Of a DNA stretch of 34,879 nucleotides, positions 1-8,894 are shown one piece after another; position 1 is the first letter of the stretch; the number at the start of each line of letters is the position of its first letter. A program made the position numbers and the translations under genes. The DNA is from a virus: positions 1-34,879 of IMG/VR virus record IMGVR_UViG_3300012662_000005; one strand, written 5' to 3'. Under the pieces are notes generated by a model. That model made no database searches and was not told the DNA's origin. It worked only from the letters and a program-made list of their open reading frames with translations.

Positions 1-80
1 AACCCGCACCGCCACGGGGCTGGAAATCGTAGAGTTGCCAGCAAAGGCCGAGCAGGGCGAGAATAGCGACCAAACCTATT
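1..80. repeat. 80-bp terminal direct repeat, identical to 34800..34879 (assembly overlap of a circular or circularly permuted genome)
   Basis: Base-by-base comparison: aacccgcaccgccacggggctggaaatcgtagagttgcc...caaacctatt occurs at both ends of the window. Confidence 0.95.
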
Positions 81-118
81 CTGCGTCTTTTCGTTTAACA
101 TACCAACAAAGGGCATAA
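2..118 (+). CDS. 3' end of the wrap-around CDS that starts at 34471 (head-tail joining / tail terminator position)
   Basis: The frame of the 34471 ORF continues through the duplicated 80 bp and reaches TAA at 116..118. The joined ORF is 447 nt (148 aa) and ends 5 nt before the major tail gene. Confidence 0.65.
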   Translation, partial: TRTATGLEIVELPAKAEQGENSDQTYSASFRLTYQQRA

Positions 119-122
119 AAAC

Positions 123-614
123 ATGGTAGCACAGAAAAGAGAAAGCATACTGCATTTTGCCAACACTGCCGCATCTGACGGTGCTGCAACATACGCAGCA
201 ATGAACATCGGCTTTAATTCAGCGGACGAATCCCTGAACGCCGAAACTAGCGACAAACAATATATCGGCCAATCCGCCGCAACAACCGTTGTGAACCGCG
301 TGATGCCGAATATCGCCTACAACATGAACATTGAAAAAGATGACGATGTTGTAAAAATCTTTTACGATTGCCATAAATTGCACACCACGGACAAAACGAT
401 TGAAATCGTCCACGTGTTCACATTTGAAACGGCAACTGAAAACGGATTCCCAGCAATCAAGCGCACCTATACAATCCAACCAGAAACTGGCGCATTTGCG
501 GGCGATGGCGGGTCTGAAATTGAACTGACTGGTAATTTGGCGCAAGTTCCAAATTCCGAGGTTCAGGGCTACTTTGACACGACAACCAAGACGTTCAAGG
601 CAGACGGCGAATAA
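123..614 (+). CDS. major tail protein (candidate)
   Basis: 163-aa ORF immediately upstream of the chaperone-position pair and the tape measure. Size and position are typical of siphovirus major tail proteins. No motif-level proof. Confidence 0.6.
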   Translation: MVAQKRESILHFANTAASDGAATYAAMNIGFNSADESLNAETSDKQYIGQSAATTVVNRVMPNIAYNMNIEKDDDVVKIFYDCHKLHTTDKTIEIVHVFTFETATENGFPAIKRTYTIQPETGAFAGDGGSEIELTGNLAQVPNSEVQGYFDTTTKTFKADGE

Positions 615-637
615 TTGATTGAAAAGGAGCAACCGAA

Positions 638-1024
638 ATGATTTTCAATTTATTCGGACGCAAAGCAGAATTTGTCCCGACTGATTTCTTTGTCCCCGTG
701 GAATGCGGGGGCAAGAAATTCAAGATAAATGTCGGCGACCTGCAATGTTATAAGAAAACGCAAGCGGCACTGGCTGAAATTCAGCAGATGCAGGCAAATT
801 TGGCAACCATTGACCCAAAAACAGGGTATGATGAATTGCTGGAAAAATTGACGGCATGCATTGATGCGTTTTTGGGATATGCTGGCGCAACGAAAGACGC
901 GCTGGGGGACAAAGCCAACAATTTTTATAATTGCTATGAATTTGTCCTGTATTTGAATGCAAAGATGACCGCAGCGCGATTTGATTTAACAAAACGCAAG
1001 GCGGCGCAATATGCAAAGAAATAA
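638..1024 (+). CDS. tail assembly chaperone (gpG position)
   Basis: 128-aa ORF with an AAGGAG SD 7 nt upstream, lying between the major tail and tape measure genes. Confidence 0.55.
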   Translation: MIFNLFGRKAEFVPTDFFVPVECGGKKFKINVGDLQCYKKTQAALAEIQQMQANLATIDPKTGYDELLEKLTACIDAFLGYAGATKDALGDKANNFYNCYEFVLYLNAKMTAARFDLTKRKAAQYAKK

Positions 1025-1637
1025 TTACCCCAGTTCAGTCCTGATAAACGAAAGACGCTATCCAATCCGCACTGATTTTGCGGATTGGATTTCTATTTTG
1101 CAAATCGCGGACGACCCGACATTGACAGAATCCGAAAAACTAATCATGCAGATGCAGATTGCATTTCCAAAGATTCCTGCCGACATCCGCGCCGCCGCCG
1201 AGCAAATGCACCAATTCATAGCCGCTGGCGCAAGCGAAAAGCGCGCTGGTGGCAATAAACGCGTTGTGGATTTCGTGCAAGATTGGCAATACATACTTGC
1301 TGCGTTTCAGCAACAATACGGGCTTGACCTTTCCCCCGTCCCGCGCTGGAAATTCTGGGCGCGCCCCATGCATTGGTGGAAATTTATGCAATTATTCCGC
1401 GGGCTGACCGAGGAAACGCTGATTGTTAAAATTATGGGCTGGCGTAGCATCAATCTTGCCAAGATAAAAGACAAAGAATTACGCAAGAAATATGCGGACT
1501 TAAAGCGCGCGTATGCCCTTGCACCTGCTGGCATGGCGGGGCAAAAAGAATACACGCAACAAGAATTGCTTGAAATAGCAAACAAAAAATTGATAGAGTT
1601 AAAACAGGCGAAAGCAAAACAGCAAGCGGAGGGCTAA
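1011..1637 (+). CDS. tail assembly protein (Gp15-like / gpT position)
   Basis: 208-aa ORF overlapping the previous gene by 14 nt and ending 1 nt before the tape measure gene. Has its own ATG. Resembles the Phage_Gp15-type proteins found at this position (recalled, not searched). Confidence 0.5.
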   Translation: MQRNNYPSSVLINERRYPIRTDFADWISILQIADDPTLTESEKLIMQMQIAFPKIPADIRAAAEQMHQFIAAGASEKRAGGNKRVVDFVQDWQYILAAFQQQYGLDLSPVPRWKFWARPMHWWKFMQLFRGLTEETLIVKIMGWRSINLAKIKDKELRKKYADLKRAYALAPAGMAGQKEYTQQELLEIANKKLIELKQAKAKQQAEG

Positions 1638-1638
1638 A

Positions 1639-4194
1639 ATGGCAGATAATGGCAATGTTATCATTAAAATACTTGCTGATTCATCAGATTTTGAACGCGA
1701 CCTTGCGCGCCTGAAAAAGGGGCTTGTTGCGCTGGGCGCGGCGGCATCCGCATTTGCGGTATCAGCAATCCGCAGCGGGTCATCAATAGAATTTGAACTG
1801 ACCAAGGCATCGCTGGCGGCGGGCGATACTGTAAAGAATATCAAGGCGGGCGTTGGCGTTTTTGCTGATTTCAAAAAAGCGGCGATTGATGCGACCAAGG
1901 GGACAATGTTCACCAGCAACGAGGCAGCGCAAGCATTGACCGCGCTGGCAAAGGCAGGTCTGGACGCAAGCACCGCAATAGATACCCTGCCAAGCGTATT
2001 AAACATGGCGCAGGCGGGCGAAATTGATTTGGGGACAGCCGCCGAATCGCTGGTCAACATTATGTCTGCGCTGGGGCTTGGCGTTGATGGCGCAAAGGTT
2101 GCGATTGACCAGATGGCGAAAGCGGCGGACGCGACCACGTCTGACATGGCTGATTTGATCCAAGGCATGCTGCGCATTGGCGCGATGGGTAAAAATGCCG
2201 CGGGCGGCACAAAAGAATTATCGGGTGCGCTGGCAATCTTGCGCCAAAACGGTATTGAGGCAGCGCAAGCAGGAACAGCCCTGCGCAATATTTATACACG
2301 CCTGCTGGGCGGCAATAAACAGGCCACGGAGGGGTTTAAGGCGTTGGGGGTATCAACCCGCGATACGTCTGGCAATTTGCGCCCCTTGGTTGATATTATG
2401 GCTGATTTGAATAATGCGCTTGCGGGCTTGTCGCCTGACCAACGCGAATTACAAATCACGCAAATATTTGATGTGTTCAACGCCACTGCGGCGCGTAATT
2501 TAATGGAAAACGTGGACGCATTGCGCGCGCTGGATTCCGAACTAGACAATGCGGCAGGGTCTGCGGCGCGCGTATCTGAAACCTTGGGCGAAACGTTCCG
2601 CGGCAAATTGCAACAGTTGAACAAAGCGTATAAGGATTTGGGCGATACCTTGTTTGGCGAGGCGAACCCCGCCATGAAAGACGCCGTCGGCGCGCTTGCT
2701 GATTTCTTAAATGAATTTTCGCAATCGCAGCAGGTAAAGAATTTCGGCAGCGCAATATCTGATTTGGTCGCCAGTTTATCTGAAATGGGGCAAAAGGTGC
2801 TGCCGACCGTTGTATCGCTGACAAGCACACTTGCATCTGGTGTATCATTTGCTGCGCGCAATATAACTGCACTGACCAGCGCATTCATTGCGTATAAAGT
2901 TGCGACCTTGGCAGCAACCGCCGCAAGTAAAAGTTTTTGGGCGTCATTAAAGGCGGGGTTGATTTCCACAGGATGGGGCGCGTTGTTTGTTGCGCTGGGC
3001 TTTGCAATCCAAGCAATCATTGATAATTTTGATGTGCTTTCAATCCGCGTGCAGCAGGCGTGGATCTGGATCAAAAAACTATTCGCGGGGTCTGAAACAT
3101 CGGCTGCGCTGGACAAGAAACTGGCGGATTTGGACAAACGTTTATTGGAAATTCGCAAAAATTCAACAATCAAAATTGATATTTCGCCGAAAGTCCAAAG
3201 TGGCAAAAACCCGTATAAAGACATTAAAGAATTGCGCACGCAGATTAAAGGTTTTGAGGACGACGTCAAAGGTGCTAAATCTGCCTATGCTGAATTGTAT
3301 GATGCATTGATGCGCGGTGAAAAAGTTGACCTTGCTGAATTAAAGGCGCGCCAGCAATCTTTGCAGTGGTTAGAAAATTCGCTTGCAACCGCCAAGGCGT
3401 GGGCGGCTGAAATGGAACAAATCAACCAATCCGCAAGCATTGGGGGAATGGGCGCAGGCGGGCAATTTCCAACGCAACAGACAACAGATATTGAGGGCGA
3501 GAATACCATAGGGTCTGACGCGTGGCAGCAGGCGTGGGAAAAGCGTCACGCCGCGTGGGAGGAGGATAATACGTTGGCGCAGCGCAACATGCGCATTGCT
3601 GGCGAATTGGAGGATTCTTGGTCATCTGCAATGATTGCAATCGGTCAATCGGTTGAGGACGGATTCGCGGCTGTTGTGTCGGGCGAGGGCGGCATCAATG
3701 TCGCATTGCAAGGCATCGTTGATAACATGGCTGAAACAATGTCCCAGATGGGCGATGTTCTTATAAAAGAGGGAACTATGCTGCAACTGGCAGAATTGGC
3801 CCTTGACCCGCCTACAATGATTGCAGCAGGTATTGCAGCCAAAGCATTGGCTGGTGTTATGCGCGGCATGATTGCGCGCAATAAAGCGGGCAAATATGCG
3901 CAGGGTGGAATTGTCGGCGGCACGTCTTGGCAGGGCGACAATGTCCCCGCAATGGTCAACTCTGGCGAATTGATTCTGAACCGCGCCCAGCAGGACAATT
4001 TGGCAAAGCAACTGACCAGCGCACCGATGGTCAATGTGCAGGTTATAAATAACGCAGGGGCTGATGTATCTGTCCAGCAAGGCAGCAGCGCAAGCGAAAT
4101 TTTGGTAATGATAGACAACCGCATTGATAACTATGTTGCCAGCGCACGCGGCGGGCGCGCAATAAAGGCAGCAGCAGCCAACAAGGGGTATTGA
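1639..4194 (+). CDS. tail tape measure protein
   Basis: 851-aa Ala/Gly-rich ORF with an N-terminal TP901-type core (TSNEAAQALTALAKAGL...), a central hydrophobic segment and coiled-coil stretches. Canonical position; SD GGAGGG upstream. Confidence 0.9.
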   Translation: MADNGNVIIKILADSSDFERDLARLKKGLVALGAAASAFAVSAIRSGSSIEFELTKASLAAGDTVKNIKAGVGVFADFKKAAIDATKGTMFTSNEAAQALTALAKAGLDASTAIDTLPSVLNMAQAGEIDLGTAAESLVNIMSALGLGVDGAKVAIDQMAKAADATTSDMADLIQGMLRIGAMGKNAAGGTKELSGALAILRQNGIEAAQAGTALRNIYTRLLGGNKQATEGFKALGVSTRDTSGNLRPLVDIMADLNNALAGLSPDQRELQITQIFDVFNATAARNLMENVDALRALDSELDNAAGSAARVSETLGETFRGKLQQLNKAYKDLGDTLFGEANPAMKDAVGALADFLNEFSQSQQVKNFGSAISDLVASLSEMGQKVLPTVVSLTSTLASGVSFAARNITALTSAFIAYKVATLAATAASKSFWASLKAGLISTGWGALFVALGFAIQAIIDNFDVLSIRVQQAWIWIKKLFAGSETSAALDKKLADLDKRLLEIRKNSTIKIDISPKVQSGKNPYKDIKELRTQIKGFEDDVKGAKSAYAELYDALMRGEKVDLAELKARQQSLQWLENSLATAKAWAAEMEQINQSASIGGMGAGGQFPTQQTTDIEGENTIGSDAWQQAWEKRHAAWEEDNTLAQRNMRIAGELEDSWSSAMIAIGQSVEDGFAAVVSGEGGINVALQGIVDNMAETMSQMGDVLIKEGTMLQLAELALDPPTMIAAGIAAKALAGVMRGMIARNKAGKYAQGGIVGGTSWQGDNVPAMVNSGELILNRAQQDNLAKQLTSAPMVNVQVINNAGADVSVQQGSSASEILVMIDNRIDNYVASARGGRAIKAAAANKGY

Positions 4195-4195
4195 C

Positions 4196-4594
4196 ATGGC
4201 AAAAGTATCATCGTATGCCGACTGGCCATTTCCAAACGAACGTTTTTTAATGCCATTCTCCGAACAATCGCGCGCGCAAATCGCGATTGATGAAAACGAT
4301 GTCGGCACGCCAAACGTCCGCCTGCGCAGCACGCGCCCGCGCAGATTCATAACGATGCAATTCAATATCAATCAGGGCGATTGGGCGCAATTTGAACAAT
4401 GGCGCAAATTCACAATTTTGCAAGGGGTGCTGCCGTTTAATATTCCAGACCCGCAAAACTATTTCCCTGCTGATGCGAATACATGGCTGCCAGTTCGCTT
4501 TGCGCTGGATCAGATGGACGGCGCATGCTGGTCTGACATGCAATATAGCGTTTTGCAGGGCTATACAATGACCGCAATATTTGAGGTGCTGTGA
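4196..4594 (+). CDS. minor tail protein (lambda gpM position)
   Basis: 132-aa ORF starting 1 nt after the tape measure stop; first gene of an M-L-K-I/J-like array. Confidence 0.5.
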   Translation: MAKVSSYADWPFPNERFLMPFSEQSRAQIAIDENDVGTPNVRLRSTRPRRFITMQFNINQGDWAQFEQWRKFTILQGVLPFNIPDPQNYFPADANTWLPVRFALDQMDGACWSDMQYSVLQGYTMTAIFEVL

Positions 4595-5058
4595 TGAATT
4601 TGCTGGAACAATTCAAAAAGGGAATCTTGCCGCTGCTGGTATCAATTAAATGCGGCGATGAAACCTTGTATTTTTGCAACGCAGGCGAGGATATAGAATA
4701 CGGGGGGCATACTTACAAGAACTTTCCGTTTTCTTTTCAACGCCCGCAAATGGGCGATGATGCCGATGGCAGCGCGAATCTGACAATATCTGCGGTTGAT
4801 ATGTCAATCATTAAAATGATTCGGGCGCAGGAATCCACTGGCGAATTGCCAACGCTGAATTTTGACGCAATATACGTTGATTCTGACGCATCTGGCGGGC
4901 GCGAAATAACATACTTGGAGGGCTACCAGTTCACCCTGCAATCGGCGGGCTGGAACGCTGTATCGTGCAACTTTAATCTGAATCTGAATATACCATTGCA
5001 GCGTAAATTCCCGCGCATCGTATTCAATTCACAGAATAACCCAGGGGGAACAATATGA
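4591..5058 (+). CDS. minor tail protein (lambda gpL-like / DUF1833-like)
   Basis: 155-aa ORF with a GTG/ATG start overlapping the previous stop (GTGATG). Synteny between the M-like and K-like genes. Confidence 0.5.
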   Translation: MMNLLEQFKKGILPLLVSIKCGDETLYFCNAGEDIEYGGHTYKNFPFSFQRPQMGDDADGSANLTISAVDMSIIKMIRAQESTGELPTLNFDAIYVDSDASGGREITYLEGYQFTLQSAGWNAVSCNFNLNLNIPLQRKFPRIVFNSQNNPGGTI

Positions 5059-5408
5059 TTGACATAAAGCCGCTGATGGGCAAACAGTATGATGAGTTCA
5101 AGTATTCCTGCTGGGATTTTTGCCGCGACGTTTATCGCATCAATAATTTGGGAAAATTGCCAGCGTTTTCAAACATTGATAAGCACGGGCATTTGCGGGG
5201 GGCGCGGGGCATTCCTGAGGCACTGAAACAATTCAAGCAATGCGATTATAAAGCGGGTGCGCTGGCGTTGCTGCGCGTTGATAACGTACCCCTGCACATC
5301 GGCGTTTGCTGCGGCGGGCGCGCCATTGCCCACCTTGACGCAGACCGCGGGGTTGTGATAGAATTTGTGCAAGACCTAGATATTGAGGGATACTATGAAA
5401 TCAATTAA
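5055..5408 (+). CDS. NlpC/P60-family tail tip protein (lambda gpK-like)
   Basis: 117 aa. Candidate catalytic Cys in YSCWDFCRDVY and His in PLHIGVC...AIAHL. ATGA overlap with the previous gene; position between the L-like and J-like genes. Confidence 0.6.
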   Translation: MIDIKPLMGKQYDEFKYSCWDFCRDVYRINNLGKLPAFSNIDKHGHLRGARGIPEALKQFKQCDYKAGALALLRVDNVPLHIGVCCGGRAIAHLDADRGVVIEFVQDLDIEGYYEIN

Positions 5409-8400
5409 AATTTCTTACGGCCGCCACCCTTTTGATGAATTTCCCACCGAATTGACCGCCAAAGCCGAAACCCTTGGCGATTTGGTTCATGCTTGCGATA
5501 AAAATATCAAGCATGCGCTAGTTTTGGTTGGCGATGATTGCTTTAAGTATCCGCAATGCGCAGACGTCCCCGCTGATTGCCAAGAATGCCGCGTTTTGGC
5601 TGTGCCAGCGGGCAATAAAAAGATTTGGCGCAATATATGGCAGGGTGCGCTGGCGATTGCAGCGGCTGCGACCGCCCCTATTTGGGCCCCGTTTGCAACG
5701 GTTGTTGCAACCGCGCTGTATGCCTATGGTGCATTTAAGGTTTTGCAAGGCAGCATTCAACTGGCATATTATAAACCGCTGGGGCAGCAGGGCGCATATC
5801 AGGGGGGGTATTCCATCACTGGCGGCAGCAATTCGCAGGCGCAGGGCAACCCGATGCCGTTTATTTTGGGTAAATTCCGCGTTTATCCAAGCGTTGTGGG
5901 CAATTATTACACGACCCTTACAAACAATACTGGGCATGGGAAACAATTCGCCACGGCGGCGTTTTGCTTGGGGCAAAGCAACCTGAAAATCCAGAACATC
6001 AGAATCGGCAGCAACATTCTGTCTTACAATGAATCGGGCAACTACGGCAGCGTCACGATTGACGGCGCATTTGATGCGGCATGCGAACTGACAAACGGCA
6101 CGACCAGCACGATGTATAACGTCAAAATGTATGAACAGAATATCGGTGCAGAATGCGAACAGCAGACGATTCAATACGGGGAGAAATACAAAGCCCGCAT
6201 TGACTTTTTGAATGCGCAAAATGCCGCTTTGGAAAAACAGATAAAAGACCTTGATTTTTTAATTGCCGCGGCAGTCATGAATCATCATAATGCGCTGGCA
6301 GACAAATACAGAAAGCAGAAAGCCGACCTGCAAGCGCAGATTGCCGCCAACAATGCCGAAATTGCGGATTTGGAAAAAAAGCAGGACGAGGATGGAATCG
6401 TTGGAAACTACAAGAATACGCAGACAACCGCAGCAAACGCCGATGCTTTCACCGTGATTTTTGGTTTCCAAGGGCTGGGCCGCTATAATGACGAAAACAA
6501 AAAGAAAGAGGCAAGCCGCAACGTCTATATTATTTACCGCCCCGCTGAATCTGGCAAAGCATGGACGGTTGCATTGCACCGCGTATTTTCGGAGGCGCAG
6601 CCAGATAAAGCCCTGACGTATTACCAAACCGTCAATTTATCGGGCGAGGAAAAATCAGAAAATCCAAGCGGCAAATGGGAGGTCGCGGTTATCCCTATTG
6701 ATTCCGTCAGTAGCGAGGGCAATAAGGTCAACAAATTATACTGGCAGTCCCTGCAAACGCGCGTATCTGATGCAGTAATCCGCGTTCGCGAATTGCCAGA
6801 ATTGTCGCTGATGACCCTGCGCATTCAAGCCGATGCGAATACGCAAGGCAACCTGCAACAAATCAGCGCAGAATGCCAAAGCATCTGTCCAATTTGGAAC
6901 GGGGTTGATTGGAATACAAGCGAGCCAACCAGCAACCCTGCCGCGTTGTTCCGGTTTGTTTGCAGCAAGTTCTTCGAAAACGGATTTGACGAAAATTCAC
7001 TGGACAATGACGCAATCACCGAATTGTATGATTGGTGCTTGACCAATGATTATGAATGCAACGCAGCGATTGATTCGCAAGAACCCCTGATTGATATTTT
7101 GAATAAAATCCTGCAATGTGCGCAGGCGAAAGTGGTCATCAAAGGCGGCAAATTGAGCATTTGGCATGATACGGCGCAAGATAACCCCGTGGCATTACTC
7201 ACCCCGAAAAATTCAAGCGGATTTGAGGCGACAAAAGCCCTGAACAATAAAGTCAATGCGGTGCGGATTTCTTGGCACGATCCAGATGCGGACTACAAAG
7301 AAACGACAAGCGAGGTTTATTTGCATGGCGAATCAGCATCAGCCGATGACAATATTCAGGACGTGGAAATGTTCGGGCTGACCAATCATGACCAAGTATT
7401 CAGATTGGGGCGGTATCTGATTGCTTGCGTGCGCCTGCGCCCCGAAACATACAAACTGAAAGTTGGCATTGAACATTACAATTTGCCATTTGGCGCGCGC
7501 GTTTTGGTTGCATCTGATGTTCTGGCGGTATCAGATGCCTGCGGGCGCACAATCGGCACAGGAACGGACACGCTGGGCAAATATTGCGTTATTGACGAAA
7601 TAATCGCTGCGCAAACAAGCGTTGAAAATCCAAACACAAACCCTTACTATATGCGGGTGCAAAATGTGAATACGGGCGCACTGGAATTGCGCGAAATTTA
7701 CCGCCCCGCCGAGGCGACCAATCGCATCAGATTCAAAGATGAAAGTGCAGAAATACCGCCAATCGGGTCAATCTATGCGGTGGGCGAATTGGAGACGCTG
7801 GATTGCATTATTATTGGTAAAGAAATCGCAGACGATGACACTTGCCAACTGACGCTTGCCGCATACGATGAAAACATCTATAATGCGGTCAATGCTGAAA
7901 TTCCGCCTTACAATCCAAAAATTACGCAAGGGGAAAGCACCGCGGGCGGCATTACGTTTATCACTGACCCTGCTGTATCTGGCGAAAACGATTTTGTGAA
8001 TCAAAAGAATTTTGGGGGCGTATTCTTTGACTTTGGAATCTATTCAGTGCTTGGCGATGAATTTAAGAATCAGGGCACGCTTGGATCATTTGCGCAGCAG
8101 AAAGTAATCGGCACATTGCAGCCGCGCTGGAACGTCGACCGCGAAATTACCATCAACTGGTTGCATTTGACGTCCGCTCAATCGCTGGCATTCTATACTG
8201 ATAATCTGCTGTATAACAATCACACATTGTCATTTGCGCTGGCTAACGTATCGGGCGTGGGGCTGATTTGCAGATACGATGATACCGAAAACAATAACCG
8301 TTTGTATTTTGAAAAATTGGCTAACGGCAAAATGCATTTTGACTTTGACGACGTTGTGCATGAATTTGACTATGACTGGGATGGCGAACATCTGATAACA

Positions 8401-8880
8401 TTTACCCGCGACCCGATTTTGGGCGTTATGACCCTGTGGGTTGACCAGCATCAGATATTTTCGCAAAATTATTTGGATGTCCGCGATGTGCTGGAATCCG
8501 AAGACGAATCGGCAGTTTTGGAGGGCGAGGACGGCGATGATATTTTGACCAGCGAAAAGAGATACGTTGAACCTGTGGGTGGCGTGCGACGCGATGTTAA
8601 AATTGAATTTATGCTGGACGGCATCGTTGGCGACATTGCCACAATCCGCATTTGGAATTTGGGCTTTTACCAAGACGCGGTTAACAAATTGTATGAAAAC
8701 GATTCAATCGCATTTGGCATCAGCACATTGGCTGATTATCGCGGCGAATTTGAGGTTGAACCTGAAATTGTAAAACTTGGCGACACTTTCAAATATTTGG
8801 GCGAAACAACATCGCAATTCATTCAGAATGAAACATACTGGTTGACCGAGGGCGGCTGGGTGTTGTATAAAATAATTTAG
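5395..8880 (+). CDS. central tail fibre / host specificity protein (gpI-like N-terminus fused to a gpJ-like body, C-terminal LamG-like domain)
   Basis: 1161 aa from ATG 5395 (GAGGGA SD 5 nt upstream); the track start 5383 is a TTG. The N-terminal ~150 aa end in a VPAGNKK plus Ala-rich hydrophobic segment, as in lambda gpI. Large J-sized body. The C-terminus (LSFALANVSG...LYFEKLANGKMHFDF...LWVDQ) looks concanavalin/LamG-like. Confidence 0.75.
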   Translation: MKSIKISYGRHPFDEFPTELTAKAETLGDLVHACDKNIKHALVLVGDDCFKYPQCADVPADCQECRVLAVPAGNKKIWRNIWQGALAIAAAATAPIWAPFATVVATALYAYGAFKVLQGSIQLAYYKPLGQQGAYQGGYSITGGSNSQAQGNPMPFILGKFRVYPSVVGNYYTTLTNNTGHGKQFATAAFCLGQSNLKIQNIRIGSNILSYNESGNYGSVTIDGAFDAACELTNGTTSTMYNVKMYEQNIGAECEQQTIQYGEKYKARIDFLNAQNAALEKQIKDLDFLIAAAVMNHHNALADKYRKQKADLQAQIAANNAEIADLEKKQDEDGIVGNYKNTQTTAANADAFTVIFGFQGLGRYNDENKKKEASRNVYIIYRPAESGKAWTVALHRVFSEAQPDKALTYYQTVNLSGEEKSENPSGKWEVAVIPIDSVSSEGNKVNKLYWQSLQTRVSDAVIRVRELPELSLMTLRIQADANTQGNLQQISAECQSICPIWNGVDWNTSEPTSNPAALFRFVCSKFFENGFDENSLDNDAITELYDWCLTNDYECNAAIDSQEPLIDILNKILQCAQAKVVIKGGKLSIWHDTAQDNPVALLTPKNSSGFEATKALNNKVNAVRISWHDPDADYKETTSEVYLHGESASADDNIQDVEMFGLTNHDQVFRLGRYLIACVRLRPETYKLKVGIEHYNLPFGARVLVASDVLAVSDACGRTIGTGTDTLGKYCVIDEIIAAQTSVENPNTNPYYMRVQNVNTGALELREIYRPAEATNRIRFKDESAEIPPIGSIYAVGELETLDCIIIGKEIADDDTCQLTLAAYDENIYNAVNAEIPPYNPKITQGESTAGGITFITDPAVSGENDFVNQKNFGGVFFDFGIYSVLGDEFKNQGTLGSFAQQKVIGTLQPRWNVDREITINWLHLTSAQSLAFYTDNLLYNNHTLSFALANVSGVGLICRYDDTENNNRLYFEKLANGKMHFDFDDVVHEFDYDWDGEHLITFTRDPILGVMTLWVDQHQIFSQNYLDVRDVLESEDESAVLEGEDGDDILTSEKRYVEPVGGVRRDVKIEFMLDGIVGDIATIRIWNLGFYQDAVNKLYENDSIAFGISTLADYRGEFEVEPEIVKLGDTFKYLGETTSQFIQNETYWLTEGGWVLYKII

Positions 8881-8894
8881 AAAGGGGGCGGCGC

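Noticed and set aside
987-1024. Programmed -1 frameshift joining the two tail chaperone-position ORFs (lambda G/GT style)
   Set aside because: The second ORF is in the +1 frame, not the -1 frame, relative to the first. Its frame is closed by TAA at 987..989, so only ~35 nt of overlap are available. No XXXYYYZ slippery heptamer is visible there. It also has its own ATG at 1011.
1599-4371. Long minus-strand ORFs (1599..2288, 2292..3269, 3622..4371 and others) opposite the tape measure gene
   Set aside because: They lie wholly inside a strongly supported + strand CDS, have Ala/Ser/Cys/Arg-rich shadow-frame composition, and lack SD motifs and any recognisable domain. The same reasoning applies to 5518..6219(-) in the J-like gene and 24853..25404(-) in terL.
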